From Vulcanimicrobiota bacterium (GTDB taxonomy: Bacteria; Vulcanimicrobiota; Vulcanimicrobiia; Eremiobacterales; Eremiobacteraceae): 64,000 bases of DNA. Positions 1 through 10,633 of this stretch are shown piece after piece. The stretch spans positions 13,724 to 77,723 of the forward strand of contig CAWDVP010000008.1 of assembly GCA_963805945.1 (NCBI GenBank), in the 5' to 3' direction. Below the pieces are notes generated by a model. It saw nothing but the letters and a program-made list of their open reading frames with translations, was not told the DNA's origin and ran no database searches. Each line of letters opens with the position of its first letter. The first letter of the stretch is position 1. The translations under genes and the position numbers were made by a program.

Positions 1-471
1 TTCCCCGGCGGTCCCGCGCTCGACGCGCTCGCGCGATCTGGCGATCCGCGCGCTTTCGATTTCCCACGCAGCCTGCTCTCCGACGGCTCGTACGACTTCA
101 GTTTCTCCGGGCTCAAGACGGCGGTGCGCTACCATCTTGACGCCCACCCGGATCACGTCGCGTCGCGCGCGGCTGACGTCGCCGCGAGTTTCCAGGCGGC
201 GGTCGTGGACGTGCTGTGCGTGAAGACGCTGCGCGCCGCTGAGACGTTCGGCGTGTCCACCGTGGCGCTCGCGGGGGGCGTCTCCGCCAATTCGGCTCTT
301 CGCGCGGAGCTGCGCCGGCGCGGCCAGGAAAAGGGTTTACGGGTGCTCGTGCCCCCGCTCGCCTATTGCACCGACAACGCGGCGATGATCGCCGCAGCCG
401 CATATTACCGCGGCGACGCCGCGCGCGTGCCGGCCGCGGCGCTCCACGCGGACCCGAACTTTGCCTGGTGA
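1..471 (+). CDS. tsaD: tRNA N6-adenosine threonylcarbamoyltransferase, 3' part (5' truncated by window edge)
   Basis: Frame 1 reads FPGGPALD...FSFSGLKTA...AASFQAAVVDVL...AGGVSANSALR...CTDNAAMIA, the TsaD/Kae1 motifs. Confidence 0.95.
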   Translation, partial: FPGGPALDALARSGDPRAFDFPRSLLSDGSYDFSFSGLKTAVRYHLDAHPDHVASRAADVAASFQAAVVDVLCVKTLRAAETFGVSTVALAGGVSANSALRAELRRRGQEKGLRVLVPPLAYCTDNAAMIAAAAYYRGDAARVPAAALHADPNFAW

Positions 472-616
472 CGGCGAATACGACCGCGGCGAACGCAAGG
501 AGCTGTCGCGGGAGTTCCGCATGTGGCTCGCCGGCTGCGGCATCGTGGTGCTGATCTTGGTCGTCTGCTTCGTGCTCTACGCGGTACTGCTCATCAGGAG
601 CGGCTGGCACGGCTGA
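461..616 (+). CDS. Small single-pass membrane protein (about 51 aa), not in ORF track
   Basis: TTG start overlapping the tsaD end; LPGDGEYDRGERKELSREFRMWLAGCGIVVLILVVCFVLYAVLLIRSGWHG* has one clean hydrophobic helix. Confidence 0.45.
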   Translation: MPGDGEYDRGERKELSREFRMWLAGCGIVVLILVVCFVLYAVLLIRSGWHG

Positions 617-625
617 GCGCGGCCT

Positions 626-695
626 ATGTAGGGGTCGACCTTTTGGTCGACCCGGTCACTGCGAAGCGGACCGACCTAAAGGTCGGTCCCTACAT
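626..695. repeat. REP-like doublet, family B (GTAGGGG-palindrome, inverted pair)
   Basis: atGTAGgggtcgacc-tttt-ggtcgaccc ... ggaccgacc-taaa-ggtcggtcc-CTACat; related copies at 2267, 37254, 38011. Confidence 0.85.
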
Positions 696-714
696 GGATG
701 CCAAATATCGCGGG

Positions 715-2272
715 ATGATTTCCCGCGCCGCCCTGTTCGCCGCCATCTTCTTGTCATGCGTGCTCTTGGCCGCGACCGCGCGCGCCGACACGCCCTCGCC
801 GGCTCCGGGCGCGTCTACGAACCCGTCCGCAAGCCCGACCGCGACGCCGGTCGAGCCGACGCCGCCGGCGGACGTCTCGACGCATCACACCACCCAGCTC
901 GACGGGCGCAGCATCCCCTATACCGCAACCGCCGGCACGATCACGCTGCGCGACGACGAGAACGAGCCGACCGCCTCCATGTTCTATGTCGCCTACACCC
1001 AAGACGGCGTCGGCAGATCTGAGCCACCGGCCGGTGACCTTCTTCTATAACGGCGGGCCAGGCGCGGGCACGATCTGGCTGCATATGGGCTCGTTCGCAC
1101 CGAGGCGCGTCGTCGTGCCCAACGCCGGCGCCACGCGCGGACCGCCGTATCAGCTGGTCGACAACGAATACGGCTTGCTCGACAAGTCCGATCTCGTCTT
1201 CATCGACGCGCCGGGGACGGGCTTTTCGCGGCTCACCGGCAAGTCAAAGCCCAAGGACTTCTTCGGCATCGACAAGGACGCCGCCGCGTTCGGACAGTTC
1301 ATCCAGCGCTACCTCACCGCGAACAAGCGCTGGAACTCGCCGAAGTTCCTCTTCGGCGAGAGCTACGGCACGACGCGGTCGTGCGCGCTGGCCCGCTATC
1401 TGCAGCGGCATGAGATCAATGTCAACGGCGTCGTGCTGCTCTCGGCCGCGCTCAACTTCTTGCAGTTCCAAGGCGGCGATGGCAACGACATGCCGTACGT
1501 CACCTACGTGCCGACAGAGGCGGCGGTCGCGTGGTACCATCACAAAGTGCCGGACCCGCCCGCTGATTTCCAAGCGTTCCTCCGATCCGCGCAGGCCTTT
1601 GCGGTCGGAGAGTACGCCACCGCGCTCGCGCAAGGGTCGACGCTCAGCCCCGCCGCGCGCGAAGACGTCATCCATAAGCTGCACGGCTTCATCGGCATCA
1701 GCGAGGCCTATCTGCGCCGCGCCGATCTGCGCATCGAGCCCGACGAGTTCGAGAAGCAGCTGCTCGGCGGCTCGTATCTCATCCTGGGCCGCTATGACGC
1801 GCGCTACGTCGGCGTCGACGTCTCGCCGAACGCCCAGGTTCCCGACTGGGATCCGTCCTACGATTACATCGCACCGCCATACGTCGCGACCTTGAACGAC
1901 TACGTGCGCGGCGAACTCGGCTATCACACGACCGCGTTCTACAAGCCGCTCACGTTCTTAGGGGAGTGGGACTTCCATCGCGCGGGTCAGCAGGCGGAGA
2001 TCGACACCGGCGACGTCTTGCCCGATCTCATGCTCGCCATGACCACAAACCCGCGCCTGCGCGTGTTCTCGGCGAACGGCTATTACGACATGGCGACGCC
2101 GTTCTTCGCGACCGAGTTCCTCATCGATCACATGGGGCTCAATCCGGCGCTCGCGGGGCACATCCAGTACAATTTCTATCAGTCGGGGCACATGGTCTAT
2201 CTGAACACGACGGCGCTGGCGGCCTTCAAGAAGGATCTCGCGCGCTGGTACGACATGGTCTTGTCGATGTAG
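715..2272 (+). CDS. S10 family serine carboxypeptidase, secreted; apparent frameshift near 1010-1020
   Basis: Signal peptide, then ASMFYVAYT | RPVTFFYNGGPG, DLVFIDAPGTGFS, GESYGT (catalytic Ser), GHMVY (catalytic His). Confidence 0.9.
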
Positions 2273-2336
2273 GGGCCGACCTTTAGGTCGGCCCAAGCGC
2301 ACGATCCAGGGTCGATCTAAAGATCGACCCCTACAT
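2267..2336. repeat. REP-like doublet, family B; its GTAG supplies the peptidase TAG stop
   Basis: atGTAGgggccgacc-ttta-ggtcggccc ... gggtcgatc-taaa-gatcgaccc-CTACat between convergent genes. Confidence 0.85.
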
Positions 2337-2345
2337 TGAAGTGCG

Positions 2346-3785
2346 TTAAGTCCCGGGACGCACGATCTTCAGGAAATTGGTCTTGCCGCGCACGCCCATC
2401 GGCGTGCCGCCGACGATGACGACCGCCTCGCCCGGCGCGACCTCGCCGCCGCGCAGCAATTCGGCCTCGACGACCGCGATGAGCGCTTCCGTGTCCGCCG
2501 CGAAGTTGATGACCCGCGGCGCGACGCCCCAATCCAGCGTCAGGCGGCGGCCGATGGCTTCGTCGGCGACGAACGCGTAGATCGGCACGCGCGGCCGGTC
2601 CTTGCTCACGATGCGCGCGGAGAAGCCTGAACGGGTGAACGCGGCGATGCAGCGCACGTCGATGCTCTCGGTGATGCTGCAGGCGGCGTGCGAGATCGCG
2701 TGCGAATCGCTCTCGACGCGCAAGCTACGCCGCACGCGCGGCGGGAAGAACTCCTCCGTCTCGAGCGCGATGCGCACCATGGTCTCCACCGCCTCCGCCG
2801 GGAACTCGCCCGCGGCCGTCTCGCCCGACAGCATGATGCCGTCGGTGCCGTCGATGATGGCGTTGGCGACATCCGATGCCTCGGCGCGGGTCGGCCGCGG
2901 CGCGTGGATCATCGACTCGAGCATTTGCGTCGCGGTGATCACCGGTTTGAGCAGCGCGCCGGCGCGTTTGATGATCATCTTCTGCAGGATGGGCACCCGC
3001 TCGGGCATCATCTCGACGCCGAGATCGCCGCGCGCCACCATGACGGCGTCGGCTGCGTTGATGATGTCGTCGAGGTGCTCGATCGCCTCCGGCTTCTCGA
3101 TCTTCGCGATGACGGGCGTATCCCCGCCGGCCGCCGCGACCGCCGCCTTGGCTTCGACGACGTCGTTCGGATGCCGCACGAACGACAGCGCGAGGAAATC
3201 CACGCCGGCGCGCACCGCGTGCTCCAGATCGACTCTGTCCTTCTGCGTCAGCGCGGGCGACGAGACCGCGACGCCGGGCAGGTTCATGCCGGCGTGTTCG
3301 GAGAGCATGCCGCCGTGGACCACGATGCAGCGCACGACGTCCCCCGACACCGCCTCGACGCGCAGCTCGACCGCGCCGTCGGAGAGCAGGATGCGGTCGC
3401 CAGGCTTCACATCGCGCGGCAGCGCCGCGTAACCGGTGCCGAGGCGTTCGCTCGAACCTTCGATGGGCTGGGTAGTGATCTCGACGCGCGCGCCGTCAAC
3501 CAATCGCACCGGTTCGTGACCGGCGAGCGTGCCGACGCGCAGCTTCGGACCTTGCAGGTCGGCGAGCATACCCACCGTGCGCCCGCGCGCCGCGGCGGCC
3601 GCACGGACCAGCGCCAGCCATTCGTCGAGTTCGCCGAGCGTCGCGTGCGAGAGGTTGACGCGGAACACGTCGATGCCGGCATCCACGAGCTTATCGAGCA
3701 CGCCGGGCCGCCGGCAGCTCGGCCCAAGCGTGGCGACGATCTTGGTGCGGCGCAAACGCTCGGTCATCGCTGGCGCTTCAGCCAC
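2346..3785 (-). CDS. pyk: Pyruvate kinase
   Basis: RRTKIVATLGP, DLQGPKLR, IAKIEK, VMVARGDLGVE, TATQMLESM, PTRAEASDVANA, MLSGETA. Confidence 0.97.
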   Translation of the reverse strand: MAEAPAMTERLRRTKIVATLGPSCRRPGVLDKLVDAGIDVFRVNLSHATLGELDEWLALVRAAAAARGRTVGMLADLQGPKLRVGTLAGHEPVRLVDGARVEITTQPIEGSSERLGTGYAALPRDVKPGDRILLSDGAVELRVEAVSGDVVRCIVVHGGMLSEHAGMNLPGVAVSSPALTQKDRVDLEHAVRAGVDFLALSFVRHPNDVVEAKAAVAAAGGDTPVIAKIEKPEAIEHLDDIINAADAVMVARGDLGVEMMPERVPILQKMIIKRAGALLKPVITATQMLESMIHAPRPTRAEASDVANAIIDGTDGIMLSGETAAGEFPAEAVETMVRIALETEEFFPPRVRRSLRVESDSHAISHAACSITESIDVRCIAAFTRSGFSARIVSKDRPRVPIYAFVADEAIGRRLTLDWGVAPRVINFAADTEALIAVVEAELLRGGEVAPGEAVVIVGGTPMGVRGKTNFLKIVRPGT

Positions 3786-4396
3786 GCGTTGATCCCTTCG
3801 CGCACGACGCGTTGTTCGACCGGGTGCAGCCGCGCGAGCGCGGCGGCGACGTCATCGCCGGGCTGCAGCGCGAACGGTTCGCGCGCGAGCACGGGGCCGC
3901 GATCGATCGCAGGCGTGATCTCGATGAGCGACGCGCCGGTCGTGCGCGCGCCGGCTGCCAGCGCATCGCGTAACGCGTGCGCACCGCGGAAGACCGGCGA
4001 GACGATGCCGTCGGGCAAGGTGACCTCATCTGCCGCCGGGTCGTCGGGCAGAAAGGCCGGATGGAGATTGAGCACGCCCGCGAAACCGGCGGCCAAGAAC
4101 TCCGGCGCGAGCACGTGCATCCAGCCGAGCAGCAGCACGAGCTGCGCGCCGGAACTTCGTACTGCGGCCGCGAGGCGATGCGCGTATGCAGCGCGAGATT
4201 CCGTATCGCGCGCGTACGGCATCACCAGAACCGGCACGCCTGCGCGGCGCGCCCGCTCGAGCGCGAAGGCATCGGGGTTGTTCGACACGACGAGCCGCAC
4301 GTCAAGCGCCAGCGCGCCGCTTTTCGCGTCGTCGAGCACCGCCTGGAGATTCGTGCCGTTGCCGGAGGCGAACACCGCCGTCGGAAACGGTTTCAA
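3764..4396 (-). CDS. purN: Phosphoribosylglycinamide formyltransferase
   Basis: AVFASGNGTNLQA, LLGWMHVL, LNLHPAFLP, IDRGP; TTG start overlaps the purM stop. Confidence 0.88.
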   Translation of the reverse strand: MKPFPTAVFASGNGTNLQAVLDDAKSGALALDVRLVVSNNPDAFALERARRAGVPVLVMPYARDTESRAAYAHRLAAAVRSSGAQLVLLLGWMHVLAPEFLAAGFAGVLNLHPAFLPDDPAADEVTLPDGIVSPVFRGAHALRDALAAGARTTGASLIEITPAIDRGPVLAREPFALQPGDDVAAALARLHPVEQRVVREGINAWLKRQR

Positions 4397-5401
4397 GAGA
4401 GGATGACGGAGGGGCCGCACGGATGCAGCGGCTCGATGTCGCCGATCTCGATCGCGCCGCGCATCGCGGCGATCGCCTTGTCCGCGTCCGCCGGCGCCAC
4501 GATCGCGCAAAAACCGATGCCCATGTTGAAGGTCCGGAAGGCGACGTCGCGCTCGAGCGCGGCCTCGCGCGCGACGAGCGCCACGATGTCGGGGACGGCC
4601 CAGCGCTGCGGATGCAGGCGCGCGGCGACGCCGGCGGGCAGCGCCCGCGGCAGGTTATCGAGCAGTCCGCCGCCGGTGATGTGCGCCATCGCCTTCACCG
4701 CGACGCCGGCGGCCTGCGCCGCTCGGATCGGCGCCGAGATAGCTCGGATGGACCGCCAGGAGCGCGTCGGCGATCGTCGCCGCGCCGAGGCGTTCGCTCC
4801 AGCGCGCCGCCGGCAACGTGTGCCGCACGAGTGAATACCCGTTCGTGTGGAATCCGTTGGAGGGCAGGCCGATGATGCGGTCGCCGACCGCGACCCGCGT
4901 CACGTCGATGAGCATGTCGCGCTCGACCGCGCCGACGATCGTGCCCGCGAGATCGAAATGCGCGGGCTGATACAACCCCGGCATCTCCGCAGTCTCGCCA
5001 CCGAGCAGCGCCATGCCGTTCTCGGCGCACGCCGAGCCGATGCCGCCGACGATCGCCGCCGCCATCGCTGGGTCCAGCGTCCCGACCGCGAGGTAGTCCA
5101 AGAAGAACAACGGGCCTGCGTTGAGGCACAGGATATCATTGATGCAGTGGTTGACGAGGTCGCGGCCGATGGTGTCGTAGCGCCGCAGCTCGGCGGCGAC
5201 CAGCAGCTTCGTGCCCACGCCGTCCGTGCTGGCGACGAGCACCGGCTCGCGGAAGCCGCTCAGCGCGAAGCAGCCGCCGAAACCCCCGATGCCATCGAGC
5301 ACGCGGGGATCCCTGCGCTTCGGCAGCACGTCCCGGTAACGGGCCACGGCTTCGTTGCCCGCATCGATGTTGACACCTGCTCGAGCGTATGCGTCGGTCA
5401 C
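4393..5401 (-). CDS. purM: AIR synthetase; apparent frameshift near 4730
   Basis: YARAGVNIDAG, STDGVGTK, LFFLDY, GGETAEMPG, HTNGYSLVR | AHITGGGLLDNLPR, RTFNMGIG. Confidence 0.95.
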
Positions 5402-5540
5402 TGGGCATTCGTTTCGCGTGGAGTCGGCCAGCCCCTATGCGCTGTGTTTCCCAGGGCGCCCCGCAGGCCGCGTCGAACGCCAATCCGTTCCGACGCTGAT
5501 CGCAATCCCCGCCTCTTTATGATGAAAGGCTCGCTTCCGA

Positions 5541-7147
5541 ATGAAAATCCACGCTTCTGCGGAGAGCCCGCTGCGCGCCACCACCGATGCGCTCGTCGTG
5601 CCGGTGTTCTCAGACGGCGACGTCCCCGATGCGGTCGTGAAGATCGACAAACCGCTCGGCGGCATCCTCAAGCAGATGTGGCACAGCCACGAGATCCAGG
5701 GACGCGTGGACGAACTGCACGTCATCCCGACCGGCGCCAAGTCGCGCGCCAAGCGCATCGTCGTCGTCGGGCTCGGCCCGGCAGCGAACCGCCGCGCCGC
5801 ATCCATGTCGCGTCTCGCGGGCGTGGCCGTCCGCGCGGCACAGCGCCGCGGGCTGCGATCGGTGGCGGTGATCATGCCAGATCTTCCTGGCGTGGACCTG
5901 GCCGACGCAGGCGAGCTGTTCGCCGAGGGCGCGCTCATGGCGACCTTCAACGCTTCGCCCTACCGGACGAAGAACGAGACGCCGAGGACCGAAGTCACCT
6001 CGGTCACCCTGATCGCTCCCGACGAAGCGACCGCGCGCGGCCTCAAGGCGGGCTTCGCGCGCGGCAGCGTGCTCGGCGAAGCGGCCAACGTGACGCGCGA
6101 GATGGTCAACCTGCCCTCCAACGACATGACGCCCAGTCACATCGCCGAGCGGGCGACAGAGATCGCCAAGCGCTACAAGCTCAAGCTGACCGTGCTCGAC
6201 CGCCCGCAGATGAAGAAACTCGGCATGGGCTCGTTCCTCTCGGTCGCGGCCGGCAGCGACGAACCGCCGAAGATCATCGCGCTCGAATATGCGGGTGACA
6301 AGTCTTCTAAGGTGACGCTCGGCCTCGTCGGCAAGGGCATCACCTTCGACACCGGCGGCATCTCGCTCAAACCGGCGCTCGACATGGACGCCATGAAGGG
6401 CGATATGGCGGGCGGCGCCACCGTGATCGGCGCGATGGCCGCCATCGCGCAATTGAAGCCGAAGATCAACGTGGTCGGCATCGTCTGCGCGACCGAAAAC
6501 ATGCCGTCCGGCAAGGCCACCAAACCCGGCGACGTCGTCCGGGCCATGAACGGCAAGACGATCGAGGTCATCAACACCGACGCGGAAGGCCGGCTCGTGC
6601 TTGCGGACGGGCTGTGCTTCGCGCGCAAGCTCGGCGCGACGCATCTCGTCGACATCGCGACCCTCACGGGCGCGGTCGTCGTCGCGCTCGGCAACCTCAC
6701 GACCGGGGTGATGAGCAACGATCGCGAGCTGGTGGACCTCTTCAACACGCCAGCGCGCCGTATGGCGAGCGCTATTGGGAGCTGCCGCTCTTCCCCGAAT
6801 ACGCGGAGCTGATCAAGAGCCCGATCGCCGACATGAAGAACAGCGGCGGACGCCAGGCGGGCACGATCTTCGGCGCGATGTTCCTCAAAGAGTTCGTCGG
6901 CGATACGCCCTGGATCCACCTGGATATCGCGGGGACGTCGTGGACGGACCGCGATCAGGGCGCGGTGGTCAAAGGTCCGACCGCGACCGGTCTGCGCCCC
7001 ATGGTGCGGCTCGCGGAGATGCTCGAGGACCACGCGGTGCACGGCCGCGCAGATGAAGCGGCGTTCCGGCGCCTCGGCGCAGACCCGGGCAAGGCGGCGC
7101 ACCAGGGCAACGGCAAGTCGAGCGGGGTGCGCGGGCGCAAACGCTGA
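5541..7147 (+). CDS. pepA: Leucyl aminopeptidase (M17); apparent frameshift near 6750
   Basis: [40 protein letters not shown] | WIHLDIAG. Confidence 0.95.
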
Positions 7148-7159
7148 CCGTTCTCAGGA

Positions 7160-7188
7160 ATGGAGCGGTCGAATTTATTCGACCGCTC
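7160..7188. repeat. REP-like palindrome, family A (G[T/G]AG-CGGTCGA..TCGACCG), intergenic copy
   Basis: atGGAGcggtcgaa-ttta-ttcgaccgctc; related copies at 11651, 22261, 22297, 23574, 31005, 33905, 47248. Confidence 0.85.
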
Positions 7189-7270
7189 GCTTGTTAGCCT
7201 GAGATTAAGCATTGCTTGGAAACATCTGAGACTCAGCGACCTTTCATAGATCTCTTGGTAGTATCTGCAC

Positions 7271-10200
7271 ATGGGTTCTCACCGGTTGGGTAAGGGCGCG
7301 GTCTTCGCGAGCGCAATCCTCGCGGCGGCCGCGCTGCTCTTCTCCGCCATCCCGGCCTCGGCCGACGACACCGGCAACATCATCATCACGGTGACGGATG
7401 CCGCGACGCATGCGCCGCTCGGACTCGCCCGCGTGCTGCTCGACGGCCCCGTCATCACCAACGAGCTGTCCGGCCAGGACGGCAAGGTCTCGTTCACCGA
7501 CGTGCCGAGCGGCATCTACCGAGCGCGCGTGGGCAAAAACGGCTATAGCCAGGTGACGTCCGCGCAGTTCGAGGTGCTCGAGGGGCGGCAGGTGACGGTG
7601 ACGGTCGAACTCGTCAAGCCCGCGGTCAAGACCATCGGCAGCATCACTGTGCGCTCTTCGGCGACCATCAGCGAGAGCAGCGTCAACGACAGCACCGCTG
7701 TCCGCAAGCTCTCGGACACGCTCGCCGACGCGCTCGGAAAGCTCTCCGGCGTCAGCGTCGCCACCGACCCGAGCGGCTCGAGCGACAGCCAGGTGACGAT
7801 CTCGCTCGAGGGCCACGATCCCTCGCAGACGAGCCTCACGCTCGACGGCGTGCCGCTCAACGCGCCGGGAGTGGCCGGCGATCTCCAGTCCATCAACACC
7901 GATCTCTTCAGCGCGGGCTCCGCCAACTTCGGGCCTAACGCGGGCTCGCTCGGCGGCTCCGTCAATTTCACCTCGATCCAGCCCACGCTGAGCTGGCAAG
8001 GCAAGTTCACCACCTCCGTCGGTTCGTTCGGCAAAGCGGCGACGATCGTGTCCGCGTCCGGCACCGCCGGAGCGGTGGGCATCGCCTTCACGCACTCGAT
8101 CCGCGGCGGCGACAACCCGATCACCGGCCTGGAATACCTCGACACGAGCGGTTTGGACTACATCCATAACGGCGCCGCGCAATCCGGCGGCGACCTCTTC
8201 AAGATCCGCACGCCCCTCGGCGCCGATCAGACGCTTTCGGCGACGTACGTCTCGACCAACAACTACAACAACCTGGTGTGCACGCTGTTCACGGGCCCGC
8301 TGCCCTGCGGCTACGGTCCCGGTAACTACAGCGATCGGCATTACTCCCTCGCGACGCTCACCGACACGGCGCTCGCCGGCATGGTCGCGCTGCAGTTCTC
8401 GCTCTTCGGCGGCACGTCGACCTTCAATCGCGACCTGCTCGACCGTTACGTCGCAGGCATCCCCGCACCGTTCGGCACGGTGAGCGACAGCCGGACGAGC
8501 GGGGCGTCGCTGAACGCGACCCTACCGTCGCGCGAGCGTCACACCATCTCGTTCCAGGCGACGACGACCGATGCCAAGCTCACGACGATCGGGGTGATCT
8601 CGACGAGCTCGCCGTTCTCGAACTCGTCGAGCACGTCGAACTACAGCACGATCTCGATGAGCGACAAGATCCATTCGAGCAGCACGCTGACGCTCGGCGC
8701 CCGCCTCGGTATGAGCTTCTCGCCGCAGACCTCGAACTCGGTGATCGGCGGCGCGAGCGCCGTCTACACTCCGACCGCGTGGGATTCCGTGACCGGCAGC
8801 GTCGATATCGGCGGCGCCGGGGTGGGTCTCTCGCGCATCTTCCCGCTCAGCGATCCCGCGTCGCTGCGCTTCGACTGCAACGCCGGCAACGGCTACGGCG
8901 CGGGGCCGGGCGACTCGCCGGGGCCGACGAGTTCGACCTCGGAGCGGCTGACGTGGCAGCACCGCTTCAAGACGGGTCAGTTCTCGGCACAGCTCTACAG
9001 CCAAGTGCAGAACGACGTGCTGCTAAACACCTACGTCAACGGCTCGGTGCTGCCGCCGGGCTACTTGCCGCCCGGCTATCTCGCCGCCGCGCAGCTCGTC
9101 TATCAGTCCAGCGGCGGCTGCGGCACCGCGCTGCCGTTCGGGCCGACGAATCTCTACATCAATCAGCCGGTGGCGAACGTGCAGCGGCTCTACCAAGGCC
9201 TGCAGTTGACGGGCGGTTTCCGCGTCGGCAACGGCTTGGCGGTCGAACCGTACTACGACATCCAGAAAGCCGTCGCCAACACGAGCGACCCGCGGCTGAC
9301 CGATCCATATTCGTTCGTGATCTCCGGCGCGCAGAGCGCGGGCGTGCCGCTTCAGCGCGGCGGCCTGACGCTCGACTACAAGGCGCCGCACTCGGCGATC
9401 GAGTGGCTCGCCAACGGGACCTACGTCTCGGGTAACAACGCGCAGAATCTGCCCGGATATGTCACCGCCGACGCGGGCGTCGCGATCAACTTCAACAAGG
9501 GCACGCTGACCCTGGCGGGGACGAATCTGTTCAACAAGTACGGCTACTACTTCGCCTCGCCGGCCAATGCCGTGCCGCAGGAGACGGTAGGCGGCGAGCT
9601 GGTGCCAACGGTGGCGCGCCCGCTGTCACCGCGACAATACTCAGTCACGTACACCGTGAGGTTCGGCAACGTGCGGCAGAGCAGCTACACGCCGCCGCTG
9701 CTCGCCGATGCCGGCGCAGGGCCGAGCGGAACGCGCGGAGGCGGCGGACCGAATGGGGTTCCGGGCGGCGGGTTCGCGGCGCTACCGCCTTTGGCGAATA
9801 CACCGCCGGAGCATCCACTGGATCCGGACACCACGCGCCAAGCCTGCACCGCCGACGCGGCGAAAAGCGTGAAGCCTTTCCTCGAACAGGTCAAGGCATA
9901 CGTCGCGGCCGTCGAGGCCGCCAAGGGCGCGGATGGCTACCCTGCGTCTGCTCCCGCCAACGCGCCGGCGGTCGACGGCGTCAACATCGCCTACCATAAG
10001 ACGCCGACGTCGTTCGCGCTCGTCTTCACGCCGACGAAGGCGGGTTCGCTCCGCAACTTCCTCGCCTGCGTGTCGCTGCACCTCGGCACGGCGGACGAGG
10101 CGAAGGCGCTCGGCCTGTACGTCCCGCCGACGAGCGCGTTCAGCCGCTTGCCGCTCGTCTACTCGCCGGAAGGCGGGCTCTACGTGGTGCGGCAGCCGCA

Positions 10201-10627
10201 GGTGGCGGGCAGAGAGCAGTTCCGGCTCTACAAACTGCCGACGACGCCGCCAGCGCAGCCGTTTGCGTTGGCATCAGGCACGTCGTGCACCGATGAGCTG
10301 AAACCGGCCGCGCAGACGCTGCTCGGCGCGTTGCAGACGTACTTCACCGGCTTCGATCCGGCGAGCCCGCCTGCGGCGCCGCCGGCCGGCTGGACCGTCA
10401 CGACGCACAAGACCGCTGCCGGATACTGGAGCGAGTTGCAGCTCGACGACATCTCGCGCATCCCAGCCGTGCTGAACTGCGGTCATGTCGCGACCGGCAC
10501 GCCGGACGAGGTCAAGGCCGCCAAGCTCGACGGCGCGCGGCCGCCGACGCTGAACTACAGCCCGAAGTTCGGGATCTATCTCATCCGACCGGCGGACCAG
10601 GGCACGGGCACCCCGCGACCGCAATAG
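7271..10627 (+). CDS. TonB-dependent receptor-like outer-membrane protein with N-terminal carboxypeptidase-regulatory-like domain and a C-terminal extension of about 320 aa
   Basis: Signal peptide; ITVTDAATHAPLGLARV..DGKVSFTDVPSGIY; plug (LADALGKLSGVSV, ISLEG, LTLDGVPLN, GSLGGSVN); barrel end GTNLFNK..PRQYSVTYTVRF. Confidence 0.8.
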   Translation: MGSHRLGKGAVFASAILAAAALLFSAIPASADDTGNIIITVTDAATHAPLGLARVLLDGPVITNELSGQDGKVSFTDVPSGIYRARVGKNGYSQVTSAQFEVLEGRQVTVTVELVKPAVKTIGSITVRSSATISESSVNDSTAVRKLSDTLADALGKLSGVSVATDPSGSSDSQVTISLEGHDPSQTSLTLDGVPLNAPGVAGDLQSINTDLFSAGSANFGPNAGSLGGSVNFTSIQPTLSWQGKFTTSVGSFGKAATIVSASGTAGAVGIAFTHSIRGGDNPITGLEYLDTSGLDYIHNGAAQSGGDLFKIRTPLGADQTLSATYVSTNNYNNLVCTLFTGPLPCGYGPGNYSDRHYSLATLTDTALAGMVALQFSLFGGTSTFNRDLLDRYVAGIPAPFGTVSDSRTSGASLNATLPSRERHTISFQATTTDAKLTTIGVISTSSPFSNSSSTSNYSTISMSDKIHSSSTLTLGARLGMSFSPQTSNSVIGGASAVYTPTAWDSVTGSVDIGGAGVGLSRIFPLSDPASLRFDCNAGNGYGAGPGDSPGPTSSTSERLTWQHRFKTGQFSAQLYSQVQNDVLLNTYVNGSVLPPGYLPPGYLAAAQLVYQSSGGCGTALPFGPTNLYINQPVANVQRLYQGLQLTGGFRVGNGLAVEPYYDIQKAVANTSDPRLTDPYSFVISGAQSAGVPLQRGGLTLDYKAPHSAIEWLANGTYVSGNNAQNLPGYVTADAGVAINFNKGTLTLAGTNLFNKYGYYFASPANAVPQETVGGELVPTVARPLSPRQYSVTYTVRFGNVRQSSYTPPLLADAGAGPSGTRGGGGPNGVPGGGFAALPPLANTPPEHPLDPDTTRQACTADAAKSVKPFLEQVKAYVAAVEAAKGADGYPASAPANAPAVDGVNIAYHKTPTSFALVFTPTKAGSLRNFLACVSLHLGTADEAKALGLYVPPTSAFSRLPLVYSPEGGLYVVRQPQVAGREQFRLYKLPTTPPAQPFALASGTSCTDELKPAAQTLLGALQTYFTGFDPASPPAAPPAGWTVTTHKTAAGYWSELQLDDISRIPAVLNCGHVATGTPDEVKAAKLDGARPPTLNYSPKFGIYLIRPADQGTGTPRPQ

Positions 10628-10633
10628 CTGGAG

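Noticed and set aside
523..714. N-terminal extension of the S10 peptidase through the REP doublet
   Set aside because: The signal peptide begins at ATG 715; the upstream in-frame stretch is read-through of the repeat, so this copy was not counted as intragenic
2688..4406. Long antisense or alternate-frame ORFs (for example 2688-4406 +, 33963-35573 +, 31408-32892 +)
   Set aside because: Shadow ORFs of high-GC coding sequence opposite well-supported genes; Arg/Ala-rich with no motifs
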